NCBI GenBank assembly: GCA_964403155.1
Contig: CAYOEG010000002.1
Coordinates: 8,147 to 72,146, forward strand
Source: an uncultured Candidatus Saccharibacteria bacterium
GTDB lineage: Bacteria; Patescibacteriota; Dojkabacteria; SC72
Length of the DNA: 64,000 nucleotides
Direction of reading: 5' to 3'
Below, piece after piece: positions 19,997-28,620 of this stretch. The notes under the pieces are model-generated. The model did no database searches, was not told the origin of the DNA, and saw only the letters and a program-made list of their open reading frames with translations. Made by a program: the position numbers and the translations under genes. Within the stretch, counting starts at the first letter, position 1. Every line of letters begins with the position of its first letter.

Positions 19997-21316
19997 CTAT
20001 GGAGTCAATCGCTTCACTCCTCTATAAATATATGTAACCTCTCTAACATTCTTAACCTCAAGAAGTTGCATTAATATTCTTGTCGGGCCAGGGGCAAAAC
20101 CCCCATGAGGAGGACATCCATATTCAAAGAATTTTAGATAACTTCCAAAATCCTCTAGCTTGAATCCCTTTTCCAGAATTTGTGCTTTAAGAACCTCGTA
20201 TCTATGTTCCCTGATAGCACCACTAGTAATCTCTAACCCCTTATACAGCAAGTCGAAGCTTTTAGTAAATTGAGGCCTACCCTCATATCTCATACTGTAA
20301 AATGCTCTCGAAGAAGTTGGATAATCATAGATGAAAACGAATCCATGAGAATACTTCTCTTGAATGTATTGACCTAAGGCCCTTTCCTCTTCTGGGGATA
20401 TATCATCAACCTTTTCACTCTTAACTCCAAGCTTTTTCAGAAGACTTTTTGCCTGTGTGAAAGACATTCTTTGGAAAGGCATCTTCGGGATCTTTACTTT
20501 CACCTTGTACTCTTCTTGTATCTCCTTTGAATGGCTATGCTTAATCTCCTTTAGCATTTTTACAATCATTTTTTCTTCTTCCTGCAAAAGCTCTTCAACG
20601 GATTCTACGAACGATAGCTCAACATCGTACATTGTAAACTCGGTATCGTGCCTTGAGGTAAAAGATGGGTTTGCTCTAAATACAGGACCTACCTCAAAAA
20701 CTTTTTCTAGCCCAGAAGCCATCGCCATTTGCTTGTATAGTTGAGGAGATTGAGCAAGAAAAGCTTTCCTTCCGAAGTATTTTATCTCGAAAAGTTCTGA
20801 ACCAGACTCTGTTGATGTAACAGATGTCTTAGGAGAGTGTATCTCAATATATCCCTCTTCTATACAATGCCTTCTGAAGGCACTTTCCATTGTAGTCCAA
20901 ATCTTAAACACCAAACTACTTCTAGGTTTCCTCAGATCTAACCATCTGTAATCCAATCTTTTGGAGAGTGTTGTTTTACCATCAGATTTTTCAACTACTG
21001 GAATAGGTAGAGACGCCATTGGTTCCGAAAGGATTTTTACCGATTCTACTTCTATCTCATATCCCGATGGAGCTTGTTTTTCCTGTTTTACTAAGCCCGT
21101 AAGTTCTACTACAGATTCTATCTTTATCTGCTTCAAACTCTTAACAAGTTCTTTTTTCAGGACAACACACTGGATCGCTCCCGTAATATCTCTGATAATT
21201 AGAAATCCTATTGCGCCTTGCATTCTTACTGTTTGTACCCAGCCCTTAAGCAATATTCTTTCTCCAATCTTTTCTTTCATTTCTTTTGTATATGTTCTTT
21301 TCATTTTTATATTCAT
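19997..21316 (-). CDS. aspS: Aspartyl-tRNA synthetase, archaeal-type, likely non-discriminating (copy 2; start may be 21304)
   Basis: GWVQ...QAPSGYE anticodon domain, RLDYRWLDLR, AQSPQLYKQ, FRANPSFTSRH, YGCPPHGGF. Confidence 0.92.
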   Translation of the reverse strand: MNIKMKRTYTKEMKEKIGERILLKGWVQTVRMQGAIGFLIIRDITGAIQCVVLKKELVKSLKQIKIESVVELTGLVKQEKQAPSGYEIEVESVKILSEPMASLPIPVVEKSDGKTTLSKRLDYRWLDLRKPRSSLVFKIWTTMESAFRRHCIEEGYIEIHSPKTSVTSTESGSELFEIKYFGRKAFLAQSPQLYKQMAMASGLEKVFEVGPVFRANPSFTSRHDTEFTMYDVELSFVESVEELLQEEEKMIVKMLKEIKHSHSKEIQEEYKVKVKIPKMPFQRMSFTQAKSLLKKLGVKSEKVDDISPEEERALGQYIQEKYSHGFVFIYDYPTSSRAFYSMRYEGRPQFTKSFDLLYKGLEITSGAIREHRYEVLKAQILEKGFKLEDFGSYLKFFEYGCPPHGGFAPGPTRILMQLLEVKNVREVTYIYRGVKRLTP

Positions 21317-21403
21317 AAAATATTAATTAGTAAATTTGTAAGTTGATAATATGTCCTCCTGTCGGAGGATTATTTTTTCTATTATTTAAATTGTGTATAT
21401 AAC

Positions 21404-21620
21404 AAAAAACACCCATGTACTAAAATCATTAAATAATTTCAGTACAAGGGTGTTTAGATACACGGTGCCACCTTGTTTTAGATAAATATTACTATCTATC
21501 TCTTACAAACCTACTCTTGGTGAAGATATAGGTTTAGAGCTATTACAGGCTCACCTGTGAGGTTCTACTTACTTTCGCTTTCTTCCTCAAGCTCATCTGT
21601 GTTTGCAGAATCATTGCTGT
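21404..21620 (-). promoter_or_regulatory. T-box riboswitch (Asn specifier, ultra-short Stem I) with antiterminator and intrinsic terminator
   Basis: Minus strand: K-turn Stem I GCAATGATTCTG-CAAACA-CAGATGAGC; Stem II TGAGG..AGTA..CCTCA; IIA/B pseudoknot ACAGG-TGAG-CCTGT..GCTC; Stem III; antiterminator CAAGG-TGGCACC-GTG/CAC-CCTTG; long terminator ending GGGTGTTTTTT; TATAAT at 21634-21629. Confidence 0.9.
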
Positions 21621-21686
21621 ATATAAAGATTATACTACTTTTATTAAGAAACTGAAAATAAAGGACTATTTAAAAGTGAATCTCAA

Positions 21687-22736
21687 CTACGAGTTTTTCT
21701 TTGCATTGATAATTTTTATTGGTGCATGAAGCATCATACAACGTATACTACCCTGCCTAATTAATGGATAATACAACATTGGAATCTGTGTCGTGTAAAC
21801 TTGATCTTCCCCAACTATTTCATTTAAAAGATCAAGAAGTATTTCATCTCCACTTGTAACAATAACACTACCATTTGCAAATTGCTCAAAATTTAGGGCA
21901 CAGGGAAGGGATTGATGCTCTCTTTGTACTATGATCGGGATAACATCAATCTTATCACATGCTTCCTTTATAACTTCCAAATATTTCCCATATGGGGGTT
22001 TATTTGTAGAAACATAATTCTCATCCAAGAGGAGATAGTCCCGCCTATCTTTTCCCCTAATAAAAGCTGATACTCTGTCTAGATGATCCGTCTGGAAATA
22101 TTTTTCCGTACCAGATTGGATATCAATTTCCGCCGTCAATGGTGCTGGAAGGTAAGCAAAGTCAAATCTATCAGACAAGTTTTTAATATCATTAATATAA
22201 CTTTCTCTTGATTCACAAAACCATCTTGGATCCGTAGTTAGCACTTTCTTTCCTACTCTTAAAACTCTCCCCCCTTCTCCGAGTGGAGATCTTTTGCATG
22301 ATAAATCCGGAATGGACAAATTAGATTCAGAGCTAATATAGACATCATCATCAAAATTGACAAACATATCTCTAGGAAAGAATACTCCTCCTATATCATC
22401 GTCTAGTGCAACACCACGAATCTCCATACTTTTCATAATTCTGATAACAAGCTGTTCATCCATCCATTCTTTATGAGAGATAATTATTCGAAAAGGTATA
22501 TCCATCCGTTTCATCGTGTATAAAATAGAAGTGTATTCCATTAAAAACTTTTCTGCCAAAAAATCCCTATCCATAGAAACTTCAGACAGAGCGGTTACCC
22601 ATTGTTCCGATCCAACAGGTACGATAAATACATCCTTCTTGCTCTCCTCTTTTACAGGTTCTTTAAAGATTGGGGCGGAAAATAATATAACTTCATTGTT
22701 TGGAACAGGATCCTTTGAGTCTAGCGGTTCTCCCAT
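21687..22736 (-). CDS. Pentein (amidinotransferase/deiminase superfamily) protein
   Basis: FPRD, GEGG, HLD and GSIRC motifs in the correct order. Confidence 0.7.
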   Translation of the reverse strand: MGEPLDSKDPVPNNEVILFSAPIFKEPVKEESKKDVFIVPVGSEQWVTALSEVSMDRDFLAEKFLMEYTSILYTMKRMDIPFRIIISHKEWMDEQLVIRIMKSMEIRGVALDDDIGGVFFPRDMFVNFDDDVYISSESNLSIPDLSCKRSPLGEGGRVLRVGKKVLTTDPRWFCESRESYINDIKNLSDRFDFAYLPAPLTAEIDIQSGTEKYFQTDHLDRVSAFIRGKDRRDYLLLDENYVSTNKPPYGKYLEVIKEACDKIDVIPIIVQREHQSLPCALNFEQFANGSVIVTSGDEILLDLLNEIVGEDQVYTTQIPMLYYPLIRQGSIRCMMLHAPIKIINAKKNS

Positions 22737-22777
22737 AGTACTACAGTATAAGTCACAGGAGTCTTAAATACAATATC

Positions 22778-23119
22778 TCACAACCTTTTACAGAAGGCCT
22801 CATCATACACCCTATACATCTTCTGTATACCATTCTCTAATTTGTAATAATGGAATATATAGAATACCTCTACAATAAATATTATTCCTGTAAATACTAC
22901 CATTACCCAAGAGAAATATATCAATATAATAATAAATCCAAACATTAATAACATTGCAAATAACATAGTAACTAAAAGATGTATTAATCTCTCATGTTGC
23001 ATAAATTGAATATGGGAGAGAAAATCAGATCTATACGTTTCTAAATCACTTTTACTCAAATCCTTATTAGATAGTTTAGATTTAATATATTCTAAATAGG
23101 TATTCATATAGTCGATCAT
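22778..23119 (-). CDS. Small two-TM hypothetical protein
   Basis: QHERLIHLLVT...HYYKLENGIQKMY with two TM helices. Confidence 0.75.
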   Translation of the reverse strand: MIDYMNTYLEYIKSKLSNKDLSKSDLETYRSDFLSHIQFMQHERLIHLLVTMLFAMLLMFGFIIILIYFSWVMVVFTGIIFIVEVFYIFHYYKLENGIQKMYRVYDEAFCKRL

Positions 23120-23241
23120 AGAAATGCAGATTAAGATTATTTACCATTATACCTTTAAATATTATTCAGAGGTTATTGCAAAGCCCTATAATTATTCTAT
23201 AATAAATAAACTCCCCAAGAATAATTTATCTATTTAACACC

Positions 23242-23703
23242 ATGCATTTAGATAATAATACTCTCGAAAGGGAATATACTCCAAACCTCCAATCTATCTC
23301 TTTCGGAATGATAAATAAAACTGAGGAGATACAACATTTAAATGAACTTGAGCTATATTTCGTACTTGAATCCTGTAATCGTGAGATGTGGTTTACACTT
23401 TGTTCTCAAGGAGAGCCCAAATCCGAAGATGATATAGAAAGAATTATCAACGAAATAGTCAGTCTTAATAATATTAAACAGGTATGTCTTTTACAAACTG
23501 CAATGTTTGGAACTGATGCACACAAATCAGAAACCGGCGTAACCGTAGAAACAGGTCCCTTATTTGCGAAATGGTATGCTTTCTATAATAACCATTGCAA
23601 AGACACATTCGAGAATGTACAACCATACATTGAAGCCAAGAAATCTGGCAAAGATATATCTCAATATTTACCCGAAGGAGACTGGAAAGATTACGTGGTC
23701 TAA
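23242..23703 (+). CDS. Hypothetical protein
   Basis: 153-aa ORF with upstream TTGCAA-16-TATAAT. Confidence 0.65.
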   Translation: MHLDNNTLEREYTPNLQSISFGMINKTEEIQHLNELELYFVLESCNREMWFTLCSQGEPKSEDDIERIINEIVSLNNIKQVCLLQTAMFGTDAHKSETGVTVETGPLFAKWYAFYNNHCKDTFENVQPYIEAKKSGKDISQYLPEGDWKDYVV

Positions 23704-24462
23704 CTACCCTATTATCTTCTTTCTAAAATCCCCATCAAAGAACTCAATTTTCCCTCTCTTGTTATTATTCCATAACCTCGCTATCTCAGGTCTATGTAAA
23801 GATATAATCATAAACAAAAGTTGAAGAATGAAGAATTTGAAATTAACAATCTTGAGAAACCAATTACTCCTCTTAGAAACAAATACCCTACTCACTAACA
23901 ACTCACCCTTAACACCATATACCTTCCTTAACCAATCATTCTGAGAATAGATATAGTTAAGATATTTTTCATTGTATATCGGAATCAAATACATCAACTC
24001 ATGAAAATTAAAAATATCACTCTCAAACACCAAATCTCTTTCCTCGCAAATCAAATTGACACAAAACTTATCCTTAACCACATCCCCATTTCTAATCCTC
24101 CTAATCCTATGATGAAAAAGATTTTTTAATGTAATAATTCCACGATATATCCAAGAAGTATAGTTCTTAACAACAACAAACACATCAATATCATCCTCTT
24201 CCTTTGCAAAACCTGCACCCACAGAACCAGAAATACCAACAAACTTTAATAACCCAAAAGCCTTAAGATATTTAATACCATTCTTCGCAATATCAACCTT
24301 CCTTACAACCTCAACATTCTTAACCTCTTCATCGAAAGATTGATCATTACTCTTAACAAAACCTTTTCCCCAGATATATTTAGCCTGTTCTCTTGAAACT
24401 CCTAATCCCATCCTCAATCTAAACTTCCCTAGTTCTAACAATGCTTTTGTTTCTACTCCCAT
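23704..24462 (-). CDS. Pol-beta-like nucleotidyltransferase-domain protein
   Basis: GISGSVG...DDIDVFVV (GS-x-DxD) motif; DKFCVNL. Confidence 0.7.
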   Translation of the reverse strand: MGVETKALLELGKFRLRMGLGVSREQAKYIWGKGFVKSNDQSFDEEVKNVEVVRKVDIAKNGIKYLKAFGLLKFVGISGSVGAGFAKEEDDIDVFVVVKNYTSWIYRGIITLKNLFHHRIRRIRNGDVVKDKFCVNLICEERDLVFESDIFNFHELMYLIPIYNEKYLNYIYSQNDWLRKVYGVKGELLVSRVFVSKRSNWFLKIVNFKFFILQLLFMIISLHRPEIARLWNNNKRGKIEFFDGDFRKKIIG

Positions 24463-24537
24463 AGAATATTATACCATCTAATAATTTTCTTAATATTCTG
24501 CTAAACTTTAGGTTAGAAAAATAGTAAAATCTGCCTT

Positions 24538-25329
24538 ATGAGACAACATCCAATACCACAAAATATATTAGATGTAGAGTTCAAACTCTTTACAAAGTTT
24601 ACACTTAAAGAATTCGCATACCTTGCCATTGGTTTAGGAATCGGAGGAGTATTGGTATACCTAATGGTAGGACACACAATTCCAGTAATAGTTGGGATCC
24701 CTGGCCTCATACTCTCTGCAGGTGCAGGAATATTCCTGGGATTAGTACCAATAAATGATCAAGATGCAGATGTATTCATAAAAAACTATGTAAATGCAAT
24801 AACTACACCAACACAAAGAGTCTGGTTAAGTAAAGAGATGCAGGAAGACAGAAACAAGCCTTCTGTAAAACCAGGTGCAGACGGGAAATTAGTACAAAAA
24901 AGCTTTAAAGATAAAGTGACCGAGATAATTGGTGGAAATAAGCAAATAGTAGTAGAAGAGACAGCTCCAACGATACCTGCAAATAATACCCCCGTATCAT
25001 TATCTGAGTTAACAATATCAGACAGTAACAGAAACAAATATGAATTTAGTATCCAGAACTTAGAAAAATTACCTGGGAATATCAATATCTGGCTCTATAC
25101 CGGAGAAATGACCCCATCCCCAAATGTCATAACCTATATGAAGGATGAGAATGGTAAAATACTCTACGCAAACAGAACAGGGAACAGTGGCTATTTCCTA
25201 ACTAACAAGATATGGCCAAAGGGGATATATCAATTAGAGTTTGTGCATCCTCAGTTCAGATTCCCAAAGGTAAAGATCATAATCGAGGAAGAAAGTCATA
25301 AATTACCGATTAAAATAAAGAACATTTAA
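24538..25329 (+). CDS. PrgI-family (VirB3-like) membrane protein
   Basis: QHPIPQNI.DVEFKL...TLKEFAYL, two TMs, PTQRVW. Confidence 0.85.
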   Translation: MRQHPIPQNILDVEFKLFTKFTLKEFAYLAIGLGIGGVLVYLMVGHTIPVIVGIPGLILSAGAGIFLGLVPINDQDADVFIKNYVNAITTPTQRVWLSKEMQEDRNKPSVKPGADGKLVQKSFKDKVTEIIGGNKQIVVEETAPTIPANNTPVSLSELTISDSNRNKYEFSIQNLEKLPGNINIWLYTGEMTPSPNVITYMKDENGKILYANRTGNSGYFLTNKIWPKGIYQLEFVHPQFRFPKVKIIIEEESHKLPIKIKNI

Positions 25330-25330
25330 A

Positions 25331-25981
25331 GTGGATCAAAATACAAGGGCAAGAGCTATTGCCTCAACACAAGATGCATTAGAAGTTAGAGATATCCGAG
25401 AGGATCTTGTTGTAACTAAAAGCGGAAGTGTGGCAATAGTAATTCAAACGTCCGCCATTAACTTTGACCTTCTAGCCGAGTATGAACAGGATAACAAAAT
25501 ATATGCCTTTGCAGGACTTCTAAATTCACTCAATTTCCCCATTCAAATCTTGATCCGAACAAAGCGAATAGATATCACTTCATATGTTGACTATCTTAAA
25601 TCACAAAACGAAAGAGAGATGAGCGAAGGGTTAAGAAAACAATTAGAAATCTACACCCTATTTATACAAAACCTCATCGTACAGAATGATGTCTTAGACA
25701 AAAATTTCTTCATAGTAGTACCTTACAACCCTGGGCTTACTTTAAACGATGTAGGTTTCCTAAAAAAGAACAGTAAAAAAACAAAAGAAGAGGAAGAAAA
25801 ATATCAGAACATGGAGATAGACCAATTAGTGGAGAAAGGTAAAATATACCTCTATCCTAAGAGAGATCATATACTCAAACAACTCTCAAGAATGGGATTA
25901 TTTGGTCATCAATTAAACAATACTGAATTACTTTCTGAATTCTATACAATATATAACCCCGAGGAAGAAGAAAATGCCTGA
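25331..25981 (+). CDS. VirB4-associated (TraC-like N-terminal module) protein
   Basis: STQ.ALE..DI.EDLVV.K.G, INFDLL..EQ, LNSLNFPIQI, FFIVVPY. Confidence 0.75.
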   Translation: MDQNTRARAIASTQDALEVRDIREDLVVTKSGSVAIVIQTSAINFDLLAEYEQDNKIYAFAGLLNSLNFPIQILIRTKRIDITSYVDYLKSQNEREMSEGLRKQLEIYTLFIQNLIVQNDVLDKNFFIVVPYNPGLTLNDVGFLKKNSKKTKEEEEKYQNMEIDQLVEKGKIYLYPKRDHILKQLSRMGLFGHQLNNTELLSEFYTIYNPEEEENA

Positions 25982-28403
25982 AGAACTAAACAACTACAAC
26001 CGAACACTTGATAGCAAAATCTCGCAAGAGCTTAAATCTCAGACTGAGAAACTACAGTCCGTCGGAGAGAAATATCAAACATTCAGACAAGAACTAAAGA
26101 AAGAGATGGAGAATGGCAAAGCGAAAGAGGAAAAAGATAAATTCAATGACCCCCTGAAAACAGATGAAGAACCAAAACCAAAGAAGAATCCAATTTTGAA
26201 GCTCCTAGATAAGCTAGCTGAAAAAATAAATGGAAAAAAATCTCTTGAAGAAACAACTACTTCGGGAAACAAGATTGAAGATGATGATATAACAATGCTG
26301 GATAAAAATATGTCCATCAAAGATATCATTGCACCACTGGATATGGAACTCGACTTTAACGACATGCAGATGGGGGACTATTTCTTCAGAGTATTTAAAG
26401 TCTCTGGTTACCCTCGTATCGTTGGACCAAATTGGTTATCACCAATTATAAATTTTGAGCATTCCTTACGTATTAGTACCTTTTACTACCCAGTTGAATC
26501 TAAAGTCATTCTCGAAAAACTTAAGCGAAAAATCGGAGAGATGGAAGCCACACTCTACTCTCAAATAGAGGATCGAAAAGTTGTAGATCCTACACTTAAA
26601 GTTGCGCTCTCTGATGCACAACAGTTGCAAGACTCAATTGCAGAAGGTTCAGAGAAATACTTCCACTACGGAATGTACATCACAATATATGCACCTAACA
26701 AGGATCTATTAGAGAAATATTCTAGAAATGTAACTTCGACCCTAGCTGCGATGAATGTGGTTGCCATACCAGCAATTTTGCAACAAAATGAAGGATTTCT
26801 GAGTACACAACCTTTGGGATTAGACAAACTATACTTCACTAGGAACATGGATACCACCTCCCTTGCCACAACCTTCCCATTCGTGACTTCAGAGTTAACA
26901 ATGGAGAAGGGAATTATGTATGGCGTAAACATGCATAACAAAAGCCTGGTCATATTTGATAGATTCCAGTTAGAGAATGCAAACACCGTAGTATTTGCAA
27001 AAGCAGGTGCAGGTAAAAGCTATTTTGTAAAACTAGAAATTCTTAGGAGTCTAATGCTGGGAACCGAGATCATCATTATAGACCCAGAAAGGGAATATGA
27101 CGAACTTTCCAAAGCAGTAAACGGACTTTACATCTCATTCTCACAGGACAAAGGAAGCAAGATGAATCCATTTGAACTCTCAGGAATTAAAGACGAGGGT
27201 GATGACGAGCTAAGAATGAAACTACTTGCATTACATGGTTTCTTCAAAATACTTTTCGGGGGACTTACTAATGTTGAAGAATCCATTTTAGACAAAGCAT
27301 TAATACTCACTTACAGAGAGAAAGGTATTACCTTTGACCCTGCAACACAGACGAAACAGCCTCCTCTACTTGAAGATATGTACAAAGTACTTAAGGGTAT
27401 GGCCGAGAATGAAGCTCATGATTTAGCCAGAAGAATGGAGAAATATATAATCGGTAGTGGTGCAGGAATATTCAACGAAGCAAGTAATTTTGAAATTAAT
27501 AATCCATTTACAGTATTCAGCATCAGAGACTTACAAGAAGAACTAAAACCTCTCGCTATGTACCTAATGCTTGATTTCATATGGACAAAAATTCGAAAAG
27601 ATCAGAAGAGGAGAATCCTTGTTGTAGATGAAGCTTGGTATATGATGCAAAGTTTGGACTCCGCAAATTTCATGTATTCAATAGCTAAACGTGCAAGAAA
27701 GTATTATCTCGGCTTAACAACAATTACTCAGGATGTCGCAGATTTCCTAAATAATGATATGGGGAAGGCGATTATATCTAACTCTTCAATGCAGGTGCTT
27801 ATGAAACAAAGCCCCTCTGCTGTAGATAAGCTACAAGCAGTATTTAATCTGTCTGATGGAGAGAAGAATTTCTTACTAAGTTGCGATAAAGGACAAGGAC
27901 TGTTCTTTGCAGGGTCAAACCATGTAGGCATACAAGTTATATCTAGCCAAGCAGAACACGAGCTTATAACCACAGATCCTAAAGAACTAGAGCAACGCCG
28001 TGCAAGGTCTGGCATGACTGAGACAAGAACCATAGAAGAATTAGCCCAGATATTTGAACCTCCAGCAGAGCAACAACCTATGAGAGATGGGAACTCCTTG
28101 GAAAGGCAACAACAGGTAATACGGGGAGCAATATACAAACGAAGAGATGATCAGGTACAGATTGAAAAAGAAAGAGAACAGTATCAAAAAGAATTAGAAG
28201 AAAGATTAAGACAACAGGAGCTTGAACTTAACCCAGAAAAGAGAATATCCCAACAAACTTTTCTTGATAGTTTAAAAGAGAATACTGTTTCTGGGCAAGT
28301 TATAAAATCAAGGGAAGATATACAAAAGGGTCGAACACATATAACTCCACAAGGCCCAGTTTCAAGCTATACAAATAATGGGACAGGCAACAACCAACAA
28401 TAA
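25974..28403 (+). CDS. VirB4-like type IV secretion ATPase
   Basis: FPF, YGVN, DRF, Walker A AKAGAGKS, IIDPEREY, Walker B VVDEAW, RARKY, TQD. Confidence 0.9.
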   Translation: MPEELNNYNRTLDSKISQELKSQTEKLQSVGEKYQTFRQELKKEMENGKAKEEKDKFNDPLKTDEEPKPKKNPILKLLDKLAEKINGKKSLEETTTSGNKIEDDDITMLDKNMSIKDIIAPLDMELDFNDMQMGDYFFRVFKVSGYPRIVGPNWLSPIINFEHSLRISTFYYPVESKVILEKLKRKIGEMEATLYSQIEDRKVVDPTLKVALSDAQQLQDSIAEGSEKYFHYGMYITIYAPNKDLLEKYSRNVTSTLAAMNVVAIPAILQQNEGFLSTQPLGLDKLYFTRNMDTTSLATTFPFVTSELTMEKGIMYGVNMHNKSLVIFDRFQLENANTVVFAKAGAGKSYFVKLEILRSLMLGTEIIIIDPEREYDELSKAVNGLYISFSQDKGSKMNPFELSGIKDEGDDELRMKLLALHGFFKILFGGLTNVEESILDKALILTYREKGITFDPATQTKQPPLLEDMYKVLKGMAENEAHDLARRMEKYIIGSGAGIFNEASNFEINNPFTVFSIRDLQEELKPLAMYLMLDFIWTKIRKDQKRRILVVDEAWYMMQSLDSANFMYSIAKRARKYYLGLTTITQDVADFLNNDMGKAIISNSSMQVLMKQSPSAVDKLQAVFNLSDGEKNFLLSCDKGQGLFFAGSNHVGIQVISSQAEHELITTDPKELEQRRARSGMTETRTIEELAQIFEPPAEQQPMRDGNSLERQQQVIRGAIYKRRDDQVQIEKEREQYQKELEERLRQQELELNPEKRISQQTFLDSLKENTVSGQVIKSREDIQKGRTHITPQGPVSSYTNNGTGNNQQ

Positions 28404-28620
28404 CAATTTAAATCTATTAGAAGAATCAAACTACTTGGTTACAAAAGCAGTTTCAACTTCTAGTATCCCTCAACAAAGAGTCTCTTCTGATTTAGAAATG
28501 TTAGAGAAAGCCGAGAAGAAAAGTCTGTATAGAGCTAACATAGCAAAAGGTAAAAAAGACCCACAGGTATATATTGCACTTAGTGCATTAAGACTTTCTA
28601 ATCCATTTAAAGGATACTAA
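28378..28620 (+). CDS. Small hypothetical protein
   Basis: 80-aa ORF filling the gap between VirB4 and the Lon-like gene; no recognisable motif. Confidence 0.4.
   Translation: MGQATTNNNNLNLLEESNYLVTKAVSTSSIPQQRVSSDLEMLEKAEKKSLYRANIAKGKKDPQVYIALSALRLSNPFKGY

Noticed and set aside
19997-21316. Calling copy 2 an asparaginyl-tRNA synthetase because of the Asn T-box
   Set aside because: It has the AspRS QSPQLYKQ signature, not the AsnRS S(G/S)QLY(L/G)E motif.
21354-21369. TCCTCC-GACA-GGAGGA hairpin as an SD-sequestering second switch for aspS2
   Set aside because: The GGAGG is ~40-50 nt from either candidate start codon, too far for an RBS; it may only be a stabilising hairpin.
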